Source of the DNA: Trichoplax adhaerens
Lineage: Eukaryota > Animalia > Placozoa
Direction of reading: 5' to 3'
Assembly: GCF_000150275.1 (NCBI RefSeq)
Contig: NW_002060956.1
Location: forward strand, 1,796,280 to 1,860,279
DNA length: 64,000 nucleotides
Part shown: in pieces, positions 51,301 to 64,000 of the stretch
Layout of the letters: the number at the start of each line of letters is the position of its first letter
Position numbering within the stretch: position 1 is the stretch's first letter
Notes under the pieces: model-generated
What the model was told of the DNA's origin: nothing
The model's input: only the letters and a program-made list of their open reading frames with translations
The model's database searches: none
Translations under genes and position numbers: made by a program

Positions 51301-52808
51301 TTAAATGGATTATTTTGGATAGGCAGTAAAATTTATGAAGTTTACAAGCAGTAACACAGAGTAGTTAAGAATTTAACATCACATTGTAAGCAATATATAA
51401 CATACAAAAATTTAACATTCTGTTTCAAAAAATTGATCGTGAATTATCATCAATCATTTAGGTCATAGCAAATTAATTTACATTAATATTATATTTTTTC
51501 CTTACAAGAGTAGTTAATTTTTATCTATTTTAATGAAGTGATTGATCTTTACAGTGTTCAAGTATAAAATAATTATAACGGTAATAGACTATTATAAATT
51601 GCATCTAAAGATTGTATTTAGCGTTACTACCGTTGTATAGCATATATATGACCACAAAGACCAATACGTGTGTAATAAGCAGTTTTACTACATACAGTAT
51701 GCAATGCATAACGACCGAAACTAATTTGTTTACAAAGAATGTAGATTCTACCAATTTTAATTATTTATTTCCTCCGCAATGATTAGTTAAAGCAGATGTT
51801 ACAGAAATCAGAGATGTTGTGCACTTGGAATAAAGAAATTGAATTTACGGTTGGTATGAATAGTTGACCATTACAAAATAAGAATATGCATATATGTGCT
51901 ATTATTGCAAAGGAGTAATGGCCATTTACGGATGCATGTCATGGAGACATATGTTCAGCTTTCAAAAATTTTATCAATATACCAAAATATTCAATTTTAG
52001 CTGTAACAATTCGAAATAAGGATTTCTAATCTTTACGAGAATTTGAAAACTTTTAGCTCCTTTCATAAACATTCCAATTCCCTTTAATAAGAATTTATAA
52101 AAAAATAAACAGTGAAAGAGGGCGACAGCCAACTCAATCCAGGTTCTTAATAAATCGTCTATGCAAAATCGTAGAATGCTTCCAGTTTAAAATCTAAAAT
52201 ATGGAATAGGAGCAGACAATGTCCTCGCAAACTATTTTGATTTGAATCGGTTTCAAGTTTAATAAATGATTGATCCATTTTCGGCTGAAATCTCGATCAA
52301 ATATCATGATAATTTATAATAAAGCACAGACATATAAAATCAATTACTACTTAGTAAGATTCATGATTGGGATAGAAAAAGGAAGTTGACTTCCTGCCTG
52401 ATCGATCAAATGTATGAGGGCGATTAGTATCTAATATCATATTCCATTTCTTCACCCCAAATAACATATGGCATTCAGTAGTGAACATTGAGAACATAAT
52501 TAGCTAATTAAGTGAACTATTATTAACCAAATTAATATAATATTACGCATGTGTAAAAGCACGATGATAACTACCACCGACAATATAAATATTCCGCTTG
52601 TGGAAACAAATTTCAGTTCGCGTGTAAATAATTCAAGCCCGAAAACGATAGTTAGTTCCATCGAAAATCGTGATAAATCTTATTGTCGAACCAAAGCCTT
52701 TAATTAATATAAAAAATCGTACCCTACATACGAAAATTTGAAAGTTTCTACCGAAGCTATATCGTAATTATTGCGTAAACCATAGTTATTATTCTCTTCA
52801 ATTTAAAC

Positions 52809-53885
52809 ATGTTCTATTCACTTTATCAAGGAAATAACACGGCAAGAGCGACGGCGTGGATTATCGGTATGTTAGGCTTAATTGGAAACGGTTGCATAAT
52901 TATTTATTCTCGAAAAAAGAATTTATTGAAAGTCAGTAATAAAGGACTAAGTACTCGTTCTAGACAAGCGACCCGTAAATCATCAGTCATATGCAATTAT
53001 CTAATTTTTAATTTAGCCATTGCCGATTTGTTAGGCGATCTTTATTTAACTATAATTGTATCAGCCGATACATATTATGGAATTAATTATCCAGTAATTT
53101 ATCAGACTATCAATCCTGTTAATGAAACAAATATTTGGATCTTTCATCCATTCTGTCATATTGGTAGATTTTTTTACTTTACATCTACTATTTTGTCTAT
53201 ACTGATTACATTAGTTATTGCCGTTGATCGATTTGTGAGCGTCATTTTTCCCATTAGCAAATTAAAACTAAATCTTCAAAGATGTCGAATTATTATGCTA
53301 ATTTGCTGGATCTTAGCAAGTAGTTTCGGTCTATATCCCACTATTAGAGGATTTATCAACGTAAATTTATTTGCCAAGATGTTCTGGTTCCCTATTAATG
53401 CATGTCTTTATGAAGATACTGATGAACAGCTTGTTACGGACTATATCAACGCAAAATATGCAATTTTTTACACTTGTAGTTGTTTAGTATGTCTTTGCTA
53501 TATTTTTATTTTGATTCACGTAAAAACTAAAAGTAAATCTAGTAGTGCCACTCAATCTGAAGCTATTCAACGTCATATCCTTCTCATCATGATCGCCGTT
53601 ACCATTTCTAATATTGGCAGCCTATTACCGTCAACGGTCATGTTTGAACTCTATAGATTAAATACTCCATTTACTCCTTTATATGATTATATGCTAACCG
53701 TAGGTACCATGATAACATTCGTTAATACCGCAGTTAATCCAATAATTTACATGGTTATGTCACCTTCTTTGACCAGGAAACTCTTCAAATGTTGTAAGGT
53801 TAGATTTTATATACGCAACAGAGTTAACGATGCTTCGCATTGTATAGATGAGGACAAGCCAGTGCATAATCCTCAACAATCGTAA
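52809..53885 (+). CDS. Rhodopsin-class GPCR, LGR/GRL101-like 7TM domain, single coding exon
   Basis: 358-aa ATG ORF with GLIGN, NLAIADLLG.LYL.IIVSADTYY, W.FHPFC, IAVDRF.SVIFP, NACL and NTAVNPIIY. Confidence 0.93.
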   Translation: MFYSLYQGNNTARATAWIIGMLGLIGNGCIIIYSRKKNLLKVSNKGLSTRSRQATRKSSVICNYLIFNLAIADLLGDLYLTIIVSADTYYGINYPVIYQTINPVNETNIWIFHPFCHIGRFFYFTSTILSILITLVIAVDRFVSVIFPISKLKLNLQRCRIIMLICWILASSFGLYPTIRGFINVNLFAKMFWFPINACLYEDTDEQLVTDYINAKYAIFYTCSCLVCLCYIFILIHVKTKSKSSSATQSEAIQRHILLIMIAVTISNIGSLLPSTVMFELYRLNTPFTPLYDYMLTVGTMITFVNTAVNPIIYMVMSPSLTRKLFKCCKVRFYIRNRVNDASHCIDEDKPVHNPQQS

Positions 53886-56800
53886 TCAACTGATCTAAGT
53901 AGTGACTTTAGGTATTGTACTATTATTTATTACTACTCATTAAGATTCCTGTATACTTGATATTAAAATATGCTGTGGTGTACAGCTTAGTCTACTATAT
54001 TTAATTCCTGTTGGTTATCATTAGAAGGTCTCCTCTGTCTCATTTAAAGGGTTAACGATTAAATATATGACGTATTTGAAATCAATTCAAATGCACCAAG
54101 CACTTATCATTACGTTAATAATATTCTAGCTTCCTTACATTTAATACTAATATATCTTCATCTAAAACTACTAGGACTTGCAATCATTCAAAGTTTCGCT
54201 AGTTTATGATACCTTAAATGGTGACAAAACATATATAATGCAAAATTGTAGAGTACTAGTTATAATAAAGATTACTTTTATTTGAACCGGACTTGATCTA
54301 ATGCGACTGATGTTAAATAAATCAATATGTAACTGCTTGAAACTATAATAAACTCTAACTTATAAGAAACTTAATATTCACGCCACTGTGTTGTTACAGT
54401 TTATAATTTTACTGTGGATGGGTTTGTATTTTTTTCAACGTAATCTCGAGGCCTTTCCTCAGTAGCAACTATAGACTTAAGCAGTTAGTGTATTATTTCT
54501 AACCTTTGCATTTGTATCATTTTGTAGTAAACTGACGTAGAAAAGACATTAGAGCTAATTAGAGAAGTTATGTAGGTGTGAAAGTTTGTGTCAGTTCGTG
54601 AACTTTCTCTCCAGCTATTCACTATATGCGTATCAGATATTCTATTGGCACAGTCTAACCAACATATTAATTAAATATTAGGCAGGTATTAATGCGTACT
54701 TTATTGTTAAGAAAAGTATTAGACTAATTAAAGTGAAGAGTAATCGGTAACTTTAGATTAATTAAATGATGTAATATTAGCCTTGTAACTCTACCTCAAC
54801 ATGCTAAAAATAATCACTCGTTTTAAAGCTAATGGAATTAAAAAGTGAAATCGATATCGTAAGCGAGATTTAATTATCGTATATCAATTTAATAGAAGCT
54901 ACTTTTAAAAAATATTTAACTGCTCACGTTAAACAGCACTGAATACCGTAAGTTATGTCGACTCGTAATTTCAGTACTTACACGTGGTGATAAGATAGCT
55001 TGCGATCAGTTTTTATGCTTACTATAAATTTACGTCAAATACAATGTCATAGTGAAAAATTTAATATACTATGTCAAGAGTCAATCTCTATTACTCAGAA
55101 TACAGATAAAGCAATAATTGCTTTATCTTTGCTTGAAGGGTATAATTATTAGATGTAAAAGACGTTCTCGTTCTGTTGTTTGAATATTATTTTCTATTAT
55201 AATTAATTAGCGAATACAAGTTACTTATTATTCTCAAGTTAAAAGTAATTAATAGAATAGGATTGTGAAGTTAAATTTAAATAACAATCGTTCGAACTTC
55301 AGGCTTCGAGTATATTTTGGGAATTAAGTACGGATACTTTATTTCAGAGACGGGAAAGACCATAGAAATTATTAGCACTGCTTACTGAACATATAGAATA
55401 AGTATTTAAATTTTATGCTATAAATTCTGACATAGAGAATAATGAAATAGTGAAAGAAGCAAAGATAAAAATTTTATTGAAAGACTGTATACATAAATAG
55501 GAAAATTTGATCTTCTTTTTTAAGATCTGCTGTAGTAGGAAGTTTTCCTAGTCTTTCAGAGCTTTTTGTATTATTACATAGTATCTTGACGATAGAGAAT
55601 CGGTAACAAAATCTGATATTATAGAATTACTTGTGTGATTTACATTATTATTACAGTTAGTAGAACAGCTTTTGTGACAATGACGGAAAGAATAGATATG
55701 CTTTTTACAAACTCTGCCTATTCCAATATTCGTTTCCTCAATAAACAAAGTATTACGAGTGAGTAAACAGTAACATGTAAGGGCAAAATCTCTCTTTGTA
55801 TTGATAGGCTACTGTAATGCTGTGAGTTTAGTACTTGAGTTAAATTCTTAATTAAGTATAGAATTATTAATATGCACTACCGTAGGCTATAGCACTTGCG
55901 TAGTTTAATGCGATTAGTTGCTCGTGCCCCGGCAAAATATGATAATTTAATGCCCGTGATTAACGTGTGGAAGCGTGATAATGCTACTATCATTACTAAA
56001 TAGGTCATGCGCTAGGATTTATAAGCGTATGCAACAGTAGATCAGGAGTTCTTCTTGTTCATAGTTTGTTGTAAATACAGTTACAATTGGCTTTTATTGT
56101 AATAAAGCTTAATTTGAGTTTTAAATCCAGTTAAACTGATTTATTGTACTTAAATTAAAAATGTAGTTCATGACTTTGTAAGTATCGATGCTTACAAATG
56201 TTGATGTCGCATTTTTCTCATAAATTCACCTCGTATTATTGCTTGATCTGATCAATTTACAGTCTAAATTCTCAGTACTATTGCAGCAATACACATAATT
56301 TCATTTCGATGTACAATATATCCGTCAAAATTTTTGATAAATCATAAATTTAAAGAAAATTGATTAATAAGTACCTTTATTTAATAAATACTGAAACCAA
56401 CTGCTGTTTTGTATATGTACACGTATATACAATGATGTAAAAAGTTTCTGTTGAGAGAGTAATACAGTAAGGGCTGGTAAATTTATTTACTTAATGCTAG
56501 TATAATCAACATATAATTAATAGAGTATATTCCCTCTCATCTGTACTAATATTGTTCTAGTAACTATACGTTCACTTTCAGTATTTTCATTTTGGATTGA
56601 AAATAGTAAGAGAAGCAAAAATTAAAGTTTTCTTGAAAAACTGTGCGTATAGATATAAAATTTGATCTTAATCTGATAAGGAATACTGTACTACACTGTC
56701 TTTAGGTGATGGATTGGAGCTCTGGATTTCTTGCCCAAAATCCAAACTACCATTACATAAAATAAATATTAGTCGCCATATTATTGCAGATAAGTTTATC

Positions 56801-59614
56801 TAAGTCAATCTACAAAATAAAATTTTCGAAAAATTTTTAGAATTTGGCAAGAAAATATTCTGAAACTCCGAATGGCATAAATAAATAAGAGAATTGCTCA
56901 GTTTACATGGTCATGCTGGTGAAAAAACGCCACTAGTCTCAGATATTATTAATTTTACACGGTTGCTAGATCATTAGCGAATTAAAATTACGAAAAATAA
57001 ACCCATCACACTTCATAAGACTACTCATATGAAAATGTATAATATGCAGTGATTTACGAATTGTTTAAAGGTTGTTCAGTCTATGCTTTCAAAATATTCC
57101 AAACAAATTGGCGCTATTTTGTTTATTCAACACTGTTATTGACAGCAGCTTTCCGTAACTAGGTATATTTAATTATGGCAGTCTTCATCATTCATCACCT
57201 CAATGAGAGAACAGCAAATATTATAAACTTTATGTAACCTATCACTAAAGAAAATCTTAAACGATTGCTATTGCCACTAACTATTGCTCTGTCAAGGATC
57301 ATTAAAATAAAGAAATATTATCTTCAGTAATTTATAGGCCTAGAGATAAAGACATTTTTGCTATAGATAATTACTTAGCAGAATCGACTTTTAATTAAAC
57401 GGCCGGATTCAAATTTGTCTTTGTAGTTCCATTGCTGGATAAAAGAAAATGGTTCAGTACAAACGAATTGCATTGTATGTATATTCCTCCTACATTACTC
57501 TTAGATATTCTTCATTATAACCTTTTTTATTAACTCTGACTACTTAATTTGATATCTATTTAAATCTGCCTGGTTTTCGCAAATGTATTTTTATTTCTTT
57601 TTGAAGATTTTTTTGCAAATTTTTCGTTTAAATGAATTGAATATTTACTCTACCGTATTCAATTCATTAAATAATTAATTAATATATAATAATGAATTTA
57701 AGTTTAACTGAAATAAAGATTTCATAATGTAGAGCCAACTGCGTATAAATGGTATCTCCAGTATTATCAATACTGTATAGCAATTACAGATATATTTATG
57801 ATGCGTTTAAATAGCATTGGATATAATTACTGCTGTACAAAGGCACCAGATTTTATAAGGTCTCATTATAATATAATTAATCGTATTAATAGTACAGAAA
57901 ATTAATCAAATAGCATTTGGAATTCATCTGTTAAGCAATTTTGCGAAATTGTTGCATCAACACTTATTTGTAATGGTGCGCGTATTGATATATTAGCCAT
58001 TGCTATTAGCCAATTTTTAGTCGTTTTTTATGAGTATGCCTTATTAAATCAAAATTAATCTCACAAACTGCTGCATTAATTTACACACATATATTTGCTC
58101 GAAAGAGCATGTAGTTTTGGTCCATACACAATTATGAAAGAGATTGTCCACAAAGAGATATTTTGTTAAGTTGTTTTGTTTTGTATTATTAAATCTCTTT
58201 ATGAAAAATAGATTGTTATCAGTTCGAATGAAAATTAAAAAATCTCTTTAAGTAGGGTACGCTGTTTCTAAAAATTTATTGCATTTTTATTTTCAGCTAC
58301 CAAAAACTAAAAGCAGGTTGATTAGTGTTAATAATACGCAATGGCAGGCTACTCAATATAATTTTTTGGGCAAAAATTGTAGTCCTTATTTCTAATGCCA
58401 CTAGGATATTGCCATCAATGGTTGTGTGCTAGTAAAGTGAACCATTTACCTTTCGACATAGATATACGCTAAATATTACCTGTAAAAGAACATCTAAATT
58501 CTAATCAATACAATACCATAGTTTATGTCATCATTCTTGAGCAAGTCTTTAAACGTCGTTATATAGTCTAATTTACGATAGAGATATTAAGTCTTGGTTA
58601 ATACTACCAGGAAAATCAGTATATAATAATTATTTACAGCGTACGATACTATACTAACCATTGCTAGGATACTAATAAGGAATTTGTTTCAAGTTTACTC
58701 ATTGTAGAAATGGATAGATTGATGAAGTAGATCTGAGATACAGAGACTGTTCGTTTAGTATACTTTATCATCAATATATAGCAAGCAAGAAATGCTGACA
58801 ACAAGTGACACACGATGCTTGCTTGGTATATAGAATACCAAAATTCTTCAATGTCGATGTAGGAACTTATTTGGGTAGGATACTCTTAAAGAATTCCACC
58901 ACAGGACTCTTATTACCTGTTATAACTATAAAAAATTAAAAAATAACGTATTAATTGCCGATGTCTACTTCCCACAGAATAGAACTGAATCGATAGAGCG
59001 CTTCGATCGTTGTGATTATATCTCAGCAAAGCATCAAATTCAAAAATTACGTAAATTACTAACAGCCTCCAATTCCTACCTATAGGAGCTGGAATTTTCG
59101 ATTTTAAAATGGCCAGTTATAATTCTTCTCCTCGCAGCTGTAAAAAAATTGTTAATGTCGCGTTGCAGCTGAGAATCTAAGTTCATGGATTCAATCGACG
59201 ATCTACCATCAAGAAAACAATAACTATTCCTGCTCTATCTACAATTATTATCCAACATTTAACGAAATTAATTATAATTTTAATTTAGAATATACTTTTA
59301 CATATCCGGCATTATATTACCACAAATGGCAACCTATTGTTTTATACAACAAAACTGTATTTATCTCAAAAATTTATTGAATTTTCCAGTTGCTATTGTG
59401 GCAAATACTTAAAATTCCGATAACGATATTTCTATACTGAATTAGATATTCTAACACCAATGTACACAACTATATAGGTATATTAATAGATTAGGACATA
59501 GTAGGGACTTTGAAAGCTCACGTACACATTTCACCTTTTAACATAAGCAAGTGCATATAATGTATTCTAACTTTAACTAGAGATTATCAAGTCTAGCTTT
59601 TCGGAATATACCTC

Positions 59615-60245
59615 TGTCACAAAACAGCTTTGCAACAAGATAACGCAATATACGATCAATAAGTCAATTCCTTGAACCACGTATCAAGGAACGATATCTG
59701 CACTATCACGAACACTTTTGCTCTACTAGCAGACTACACAAAGACTTAGACGCCTCGTATTTTACGTTAAATACTAAGTTGGAGAAATTCACTTTATTTC
59801 ACGATATACTGCATTTATATACTACTCCTCAATAGTTCATGAGTCATAGTTAATACAATTAACATTAGAATCATTTACTGAATTAGATATTAATTTTAGC
59901 TACTGCTCCCTTAATGCAGACAACAGTATTTACGAACATAGACATGCGATGACTAATACAGAATAGTCAGATTACGATATGTCCTATCACGGAACATTTC
60001 CATGATAATTTACAGTCTACCATAAGTAAATTACAATCGCAATGATTCGAACTGTAAGCAGATGATTTGCATTCCCTATCATAACTATTAATTTCAGTAT
60101 GTGTATAAGTGTTACTGTCATAAAAAGTCAGTGCTATATTACAACACAGTATATCCAAATTAGAAGTTAACTAAATAAGGATAGGGTAATAGAATTATCC
60201 TAACATAGATATTTCTACTGTAATACAGTATATAACACTGTAACA
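59615..60245. mobile_element. Solo LTR-like element, copy 2 (631 bp), same orientation as copy 1
   Basis: TGTCACA...TGTAACA termini. Flanks ACCTC (59610-59614) and ACGTC (60246-60250) form a 5-bp duplication with one mismatch. Near-identical to 29089-29719. Confidence 0.85.
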
Positions 60246-61138
60246 ACGTCACTAACAATTGATACTATTTAGGCAAATAAGACGATTGGCTAATTCGACG
60301 TTCAATGATACAATACTTTCATTAACAATGCTTTCGAGTAATTCGATATATAAGCTGCCATGATTTATAACGTTTTTTTATAACAGTAAAAGTAAGCTTC
60401 TGTTTAAAATAGAGACAATCAGATGTACCGGATTTCTTCTTGATTAGGTAATAAGGTAATATATTTATGTTTTCATTTAAAAATATTTTCTTACGACTAA
60501 TTATGCCTTTTTATTGTTTCTATTACTCTTTCACTTGGCATTCATTAGTAATTTAGATAGGATATACGTTCAAGGTTCAAGCCGAATTCCTGCAAAAACT
60601 GAGCTATAAAAATTTTAAAATTCACGTGATTTATCATTCAAATGACAAGTTCAATGATTGCTATTGTGGCAATCTCAATTTATTAACTAGAAGACGAAAT
60701 TTTAATTAATCATTCTTTTGGTCAAGATTACTGCTGGAACAGGATTTGGCTAAGTCATTGACCGATCAATGACTCAAGAAAAATAAGATTATTACAGCAA
60801 ACTATGCTTTGTTAGCGAAATCAATTTATTGAATTTATCGTTACAATTAATCGCTATCCTATTCTTATTTTGGCTATTCAAAGATAGGTTTTGTTAAGAA
60901 TTTTACGTTAGTATTTATTATTACCTTCTATTAGCGTAAACTGTACTTTATCAATTATTTATCTGTAGATATTAATAAAATATATAGTTGATACCGTATA
61001 ACATATATAAGTACGGATGCAAATAAGTTAGTAGGAAATACATGCAAGTCATAGAGCGTAACATAAACTTGAGCAACTGAGACCTCCATATTTTATCGTA
61101 AATTTTACTAGAAAAATTTTATCATCAGTTTTTCAGCT

Positions 61139-62206
61139 ATGCCTTCATTGCTTCAGAACAATCCAGTAGCACGAATTCTCGCCTGGACTTTTGGTATTAT
61201 GGGTATTTTAGGCAATCTGACTATTTTATGGTATCAACATAAATGTAAACTTCTTAAAATCAGAGCCCATAACTCCTCAAATACTCATCAGCAACATGCT
61301 ACAAGAAAAACATCTCTAGTAACCAGATATTTAATCTGCAATTTGGCGATAGCCGATCTTCTCGGTTCCATTTATCTTATTATTATTGCTTCTGCTGATG
61401 TTTACTATGGCTATCATTATCCAAATGTCTTTCGAAATCCTAATCGTGGAAATGTTACGAATCCATGGTTACTTAGCCCTTTCTGCCATCTTAGTCGCTT
61501 CATATTTTTTCTTTCTTCCATTATGTCTATTGCACTAACATTTGTTATAGCCGTAGATCGTTTTATTGCCGTTATATTTCCTTACAGCAAATTTCGATTC
61601 GATCTTTACCGTTGTCGTATAATTACTACGGCATGTTGGTTTATTGTTATATGTTATGCTCTTATTCCGACCATTCGTCATCTTATATATCGCATTACGA
61701 AAGGATTTGATTCAAATTCTAATCTTTGCTTATATCGTGATGTAGTAAGAAAACATACTTTTAATTTCATACGATCCAGGCAAATTATTTATTTCATATT
61801 AACCGGAGCAATTATAGTGCTATATACTGCAATTATCATCTATGTTAAATTGAAAAGCAGTAACATGAGATCTCAATTAAACAAAGTTGAGAAAAAAATA
61901 TTTCTAGTTATGCTCTTTATCACAATTTCTAATATTTTCACTTTGCTTCCTACATTTCTCGTAATGATATTCTCTAATAATCGAGAATTTAATATCTCTA
62001 TCCAATCATTTCAGCTTATGCTTCCCATCTTTATATTCGCTATCTATTTTAGTGCTGCTATCAATCCAATTATATATTTTGTATTTACTAATTCAAGTAA
62101 GTATAAGGCTATTCTATCTTCATGTTTCAAAACTCAAAAAGAGACCACAATTCCGTTAAACACACACTGCAGTACTTTACAAAAATTAAATTTTGTGGAC
62201 TCATGA
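61139..62206 (+). CDS. Rhodopsin-class GPCR, LGR/GRL101-like 7TM domain; close paralog of 52809-53885
   Basis: 355-aa ATG ORF with GILGN, NLAIADLLGSIYLIIIASADVYY, WLLSPFC, IAVDRFIAVIFP, SNLCL and AINPIIY. Confidence 0.93.
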   Translation: MPSLLQNNPVARILAWTFGIMGILGNLTILWYQHKCKLLKIRAHNSSNTHQQHATRKTSLVTRYLICNLAIADLLGSIYLIIIASADVYYGYHYPNVFRNPNRGNVTNPWLLSPFCHLSRFIFFLSSIMSIALTFVIAVDRFIAVIFPYSKFRFDLYRCRIITTACWFIVICYALIPTIRHLIYRITKGFDSNSNLCLYRDVVRKHTFNFIRSRQIIYFILTGAIIVLYTAIIIYVKLKSSNMRSQLNKVEKKIFLVMLFITISNIFTLLPTFLVMIFSNNREFNISIQSFQLMLPIFIFAIYFSAAINPIIYFVFTNSSKYKAILSSCFKTQKETTIPLNTHCSTLQKLNFVDS

Positions 62207-64000
62207 TTTTTATCAGTTAGATTTTGTCGTTTATTGCGCTAATACACAATATTTATACTTTGCTACTGTAGTTAGCATCTTACTACATTACTATCTATAC
62301 TAAGCAAGAAATTAAGTAAATCGGTATACTCCTGCAGGAATAAAACGAGTGCGTAAATTAATAATAAATCAAGATAATTTGCATCCTATTTAAAAGTAAT
62401 AGACGATAATAATACATGCTGAACTCGATTGTTTTTCCACTTTATGATAATGTGCATTAACTAAGAAATATTGTTTCTTATCTGTACTTCCACCTACTCC
62501 AGACTAGAATGCTATTACGGCATATAAGCTTATTCTAGCATTATTCATTACTCGGATACAATCGTACCATTAATATAAATCTAAGATAAATTTATAGTAC
62601 GAAACGCCTGATACTTTGTACCATTACTTCATATTGATAATATATATTTTAATTGTAATAGTTAATGATGATCAAATATGTTATTAATATTTTGATCGAT
62701 CTTACTAATTCTATAACAACGCACCTAATTTGTAATATATTACTATATTTGCTTAAATCATTAATAAAACTAAGCTAATTAAGCAAAATAATGCCTTAAA
62801 TCTTTATTCATTAGGCAATTTAGCCAATTTTACTTCATATCAGTAATTTTGCGTGTATAATAAAGTGCATTCCTCGTCTGATCTAATTAGTTAAATTATT
62901 GGAGAGCATGAACGAAATTTGACGAAAAGAATACCGTATACGGATTTTATCGATTTTTAATTATAGTTTATATATAATATAATCTATTTTCACAAGAAAT
63001 ATATTAATTTATAGAATCTCTTAATTATGGAAATTCTTATACCTCTCCTAATACATAGGAAAAAGAATTCCGAAAGCAATTCAACGACACTAATTCACTA
63101 CTGCAATAACAACATCTGCTTATAAAGTCTATGAGTGTTGTGAAATCTAATTTAAATTTAGATTGTTGATGTCGATAGTAATTTGTTTATGTGTAGATCA
63201 TTTTGCTATTAGCTATTACTTAGTAATTTCGGAAATAAAGTGACTATTTGCAATTCTGCACTTATTGATTGAAACAGAAAATAAGCCATTACAAACTTTG
63301 TTTAGGCAACGAGACTTTATCGTAACTCAGAGTATTACTTATCTCAGTAATCTATTTTAATACTTGAAGATAGATACACGTATGTCTTGCAATCCATTGC
63401 TATATTGACACCTATTTATGCTGAAATGCGGTATAAATTATGCATGTTATTGAGGCTGAGATTTATCTAATTGCTCGAAATGAAATGATATCATATGACT
63501 TATAAAATTCTTTATGTAATTAAGATTGTCAGTTATGACAATATCGATATCAGGTAGTTCCATATAATATTCCAGTTATACATATTCCAATTCTTGAATG
63601 GCAAATGGCAGAGGTTGTGTTGATTGTTATGTAGTTAGACTGTTATTTTTATGACTAAAATCTAGATGTTTAAAGGTTAATTTTTAGATTGTTATGATGT
63701 ATAATGATTAGGAATTATGTTAAAAGTGAAGATTAATGTATTTTAAAGTTATTTTGTTTGATTTTGTAGTGTTTTGTAAGGGAGTACGTAGGGTAAATTG
63801 TATCTGAACTTTCAGTACTTTTTGTTTTCTTTATTGGTGCAAAGTAGTTTTCTAAAATGGATCTAAAGGGTGATTGACTAATAAAATTTTAGTTTTAAAT
63901 ACTACTGAGAGCTCTGCGAAGCCTATAAATGATAGTACAATCAGAAAATTTAGAGTAGAGAGGAAAAGAAGATTCTTTTGAAGAACTTGTTGAATCTTAA

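Noticed and set aside
59507-59520. ACTTTGAAAGCTCA identical to the SEC14 paralog-2 promoter block (13584-13597)
   Set aside because: A single 14-nt match without the accompanying GGTCACGAG. It cannot be distinguished from chance in AT-rich DNA.
29089-60245. A single giant 31-kb LTR element bounded by the two repeats
   Set aside because: Each copy has its own TSD, the outer flanks differ (GAGGT vs ACGTC), and the interior holds ordinary intron-containing host genes with no gag/pol.

Overview
AT-rich (roughly one-third GC by eye), intron-dense eukaryotic DNA. Short introns, conserved animal genes and single-exon rhodopsin-like GPCRs point to an early-branching animal, most likely a placozoan such as Trichoplax (inference). 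Hand-spliced gene content in order: three tandem minus-strand SEC14L2-like (CRAL-TRIO + GOLD) lipid-transfer genes; an ankyrin-repeat/coiled-coil/C-terminal-TM gene; an N gap; a TMEM272-like gene with PPxY motifs; BLOC1S6 (pallidin); a METTL25/RRNAD1-family methyltransferase; a small multi-TM gene of unknown family; and three LGR/GRL101-like 7TM ORFs with no visible ectodomain. The main non-coding features are two 631-bp TG...CA solo-LTR-like copies with 5-bp target-site duplications at related target sequences, a perfect 32-bp-stem hairpin, three degenerate tandem arrays, and promoter regions marked by GTAC-rich clusters and recognisable motifs (RFX X-box, CLEAR-like E-box, CRE, CCAAT, GC box). 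All family calls come from recalled motifs and not from database searches.
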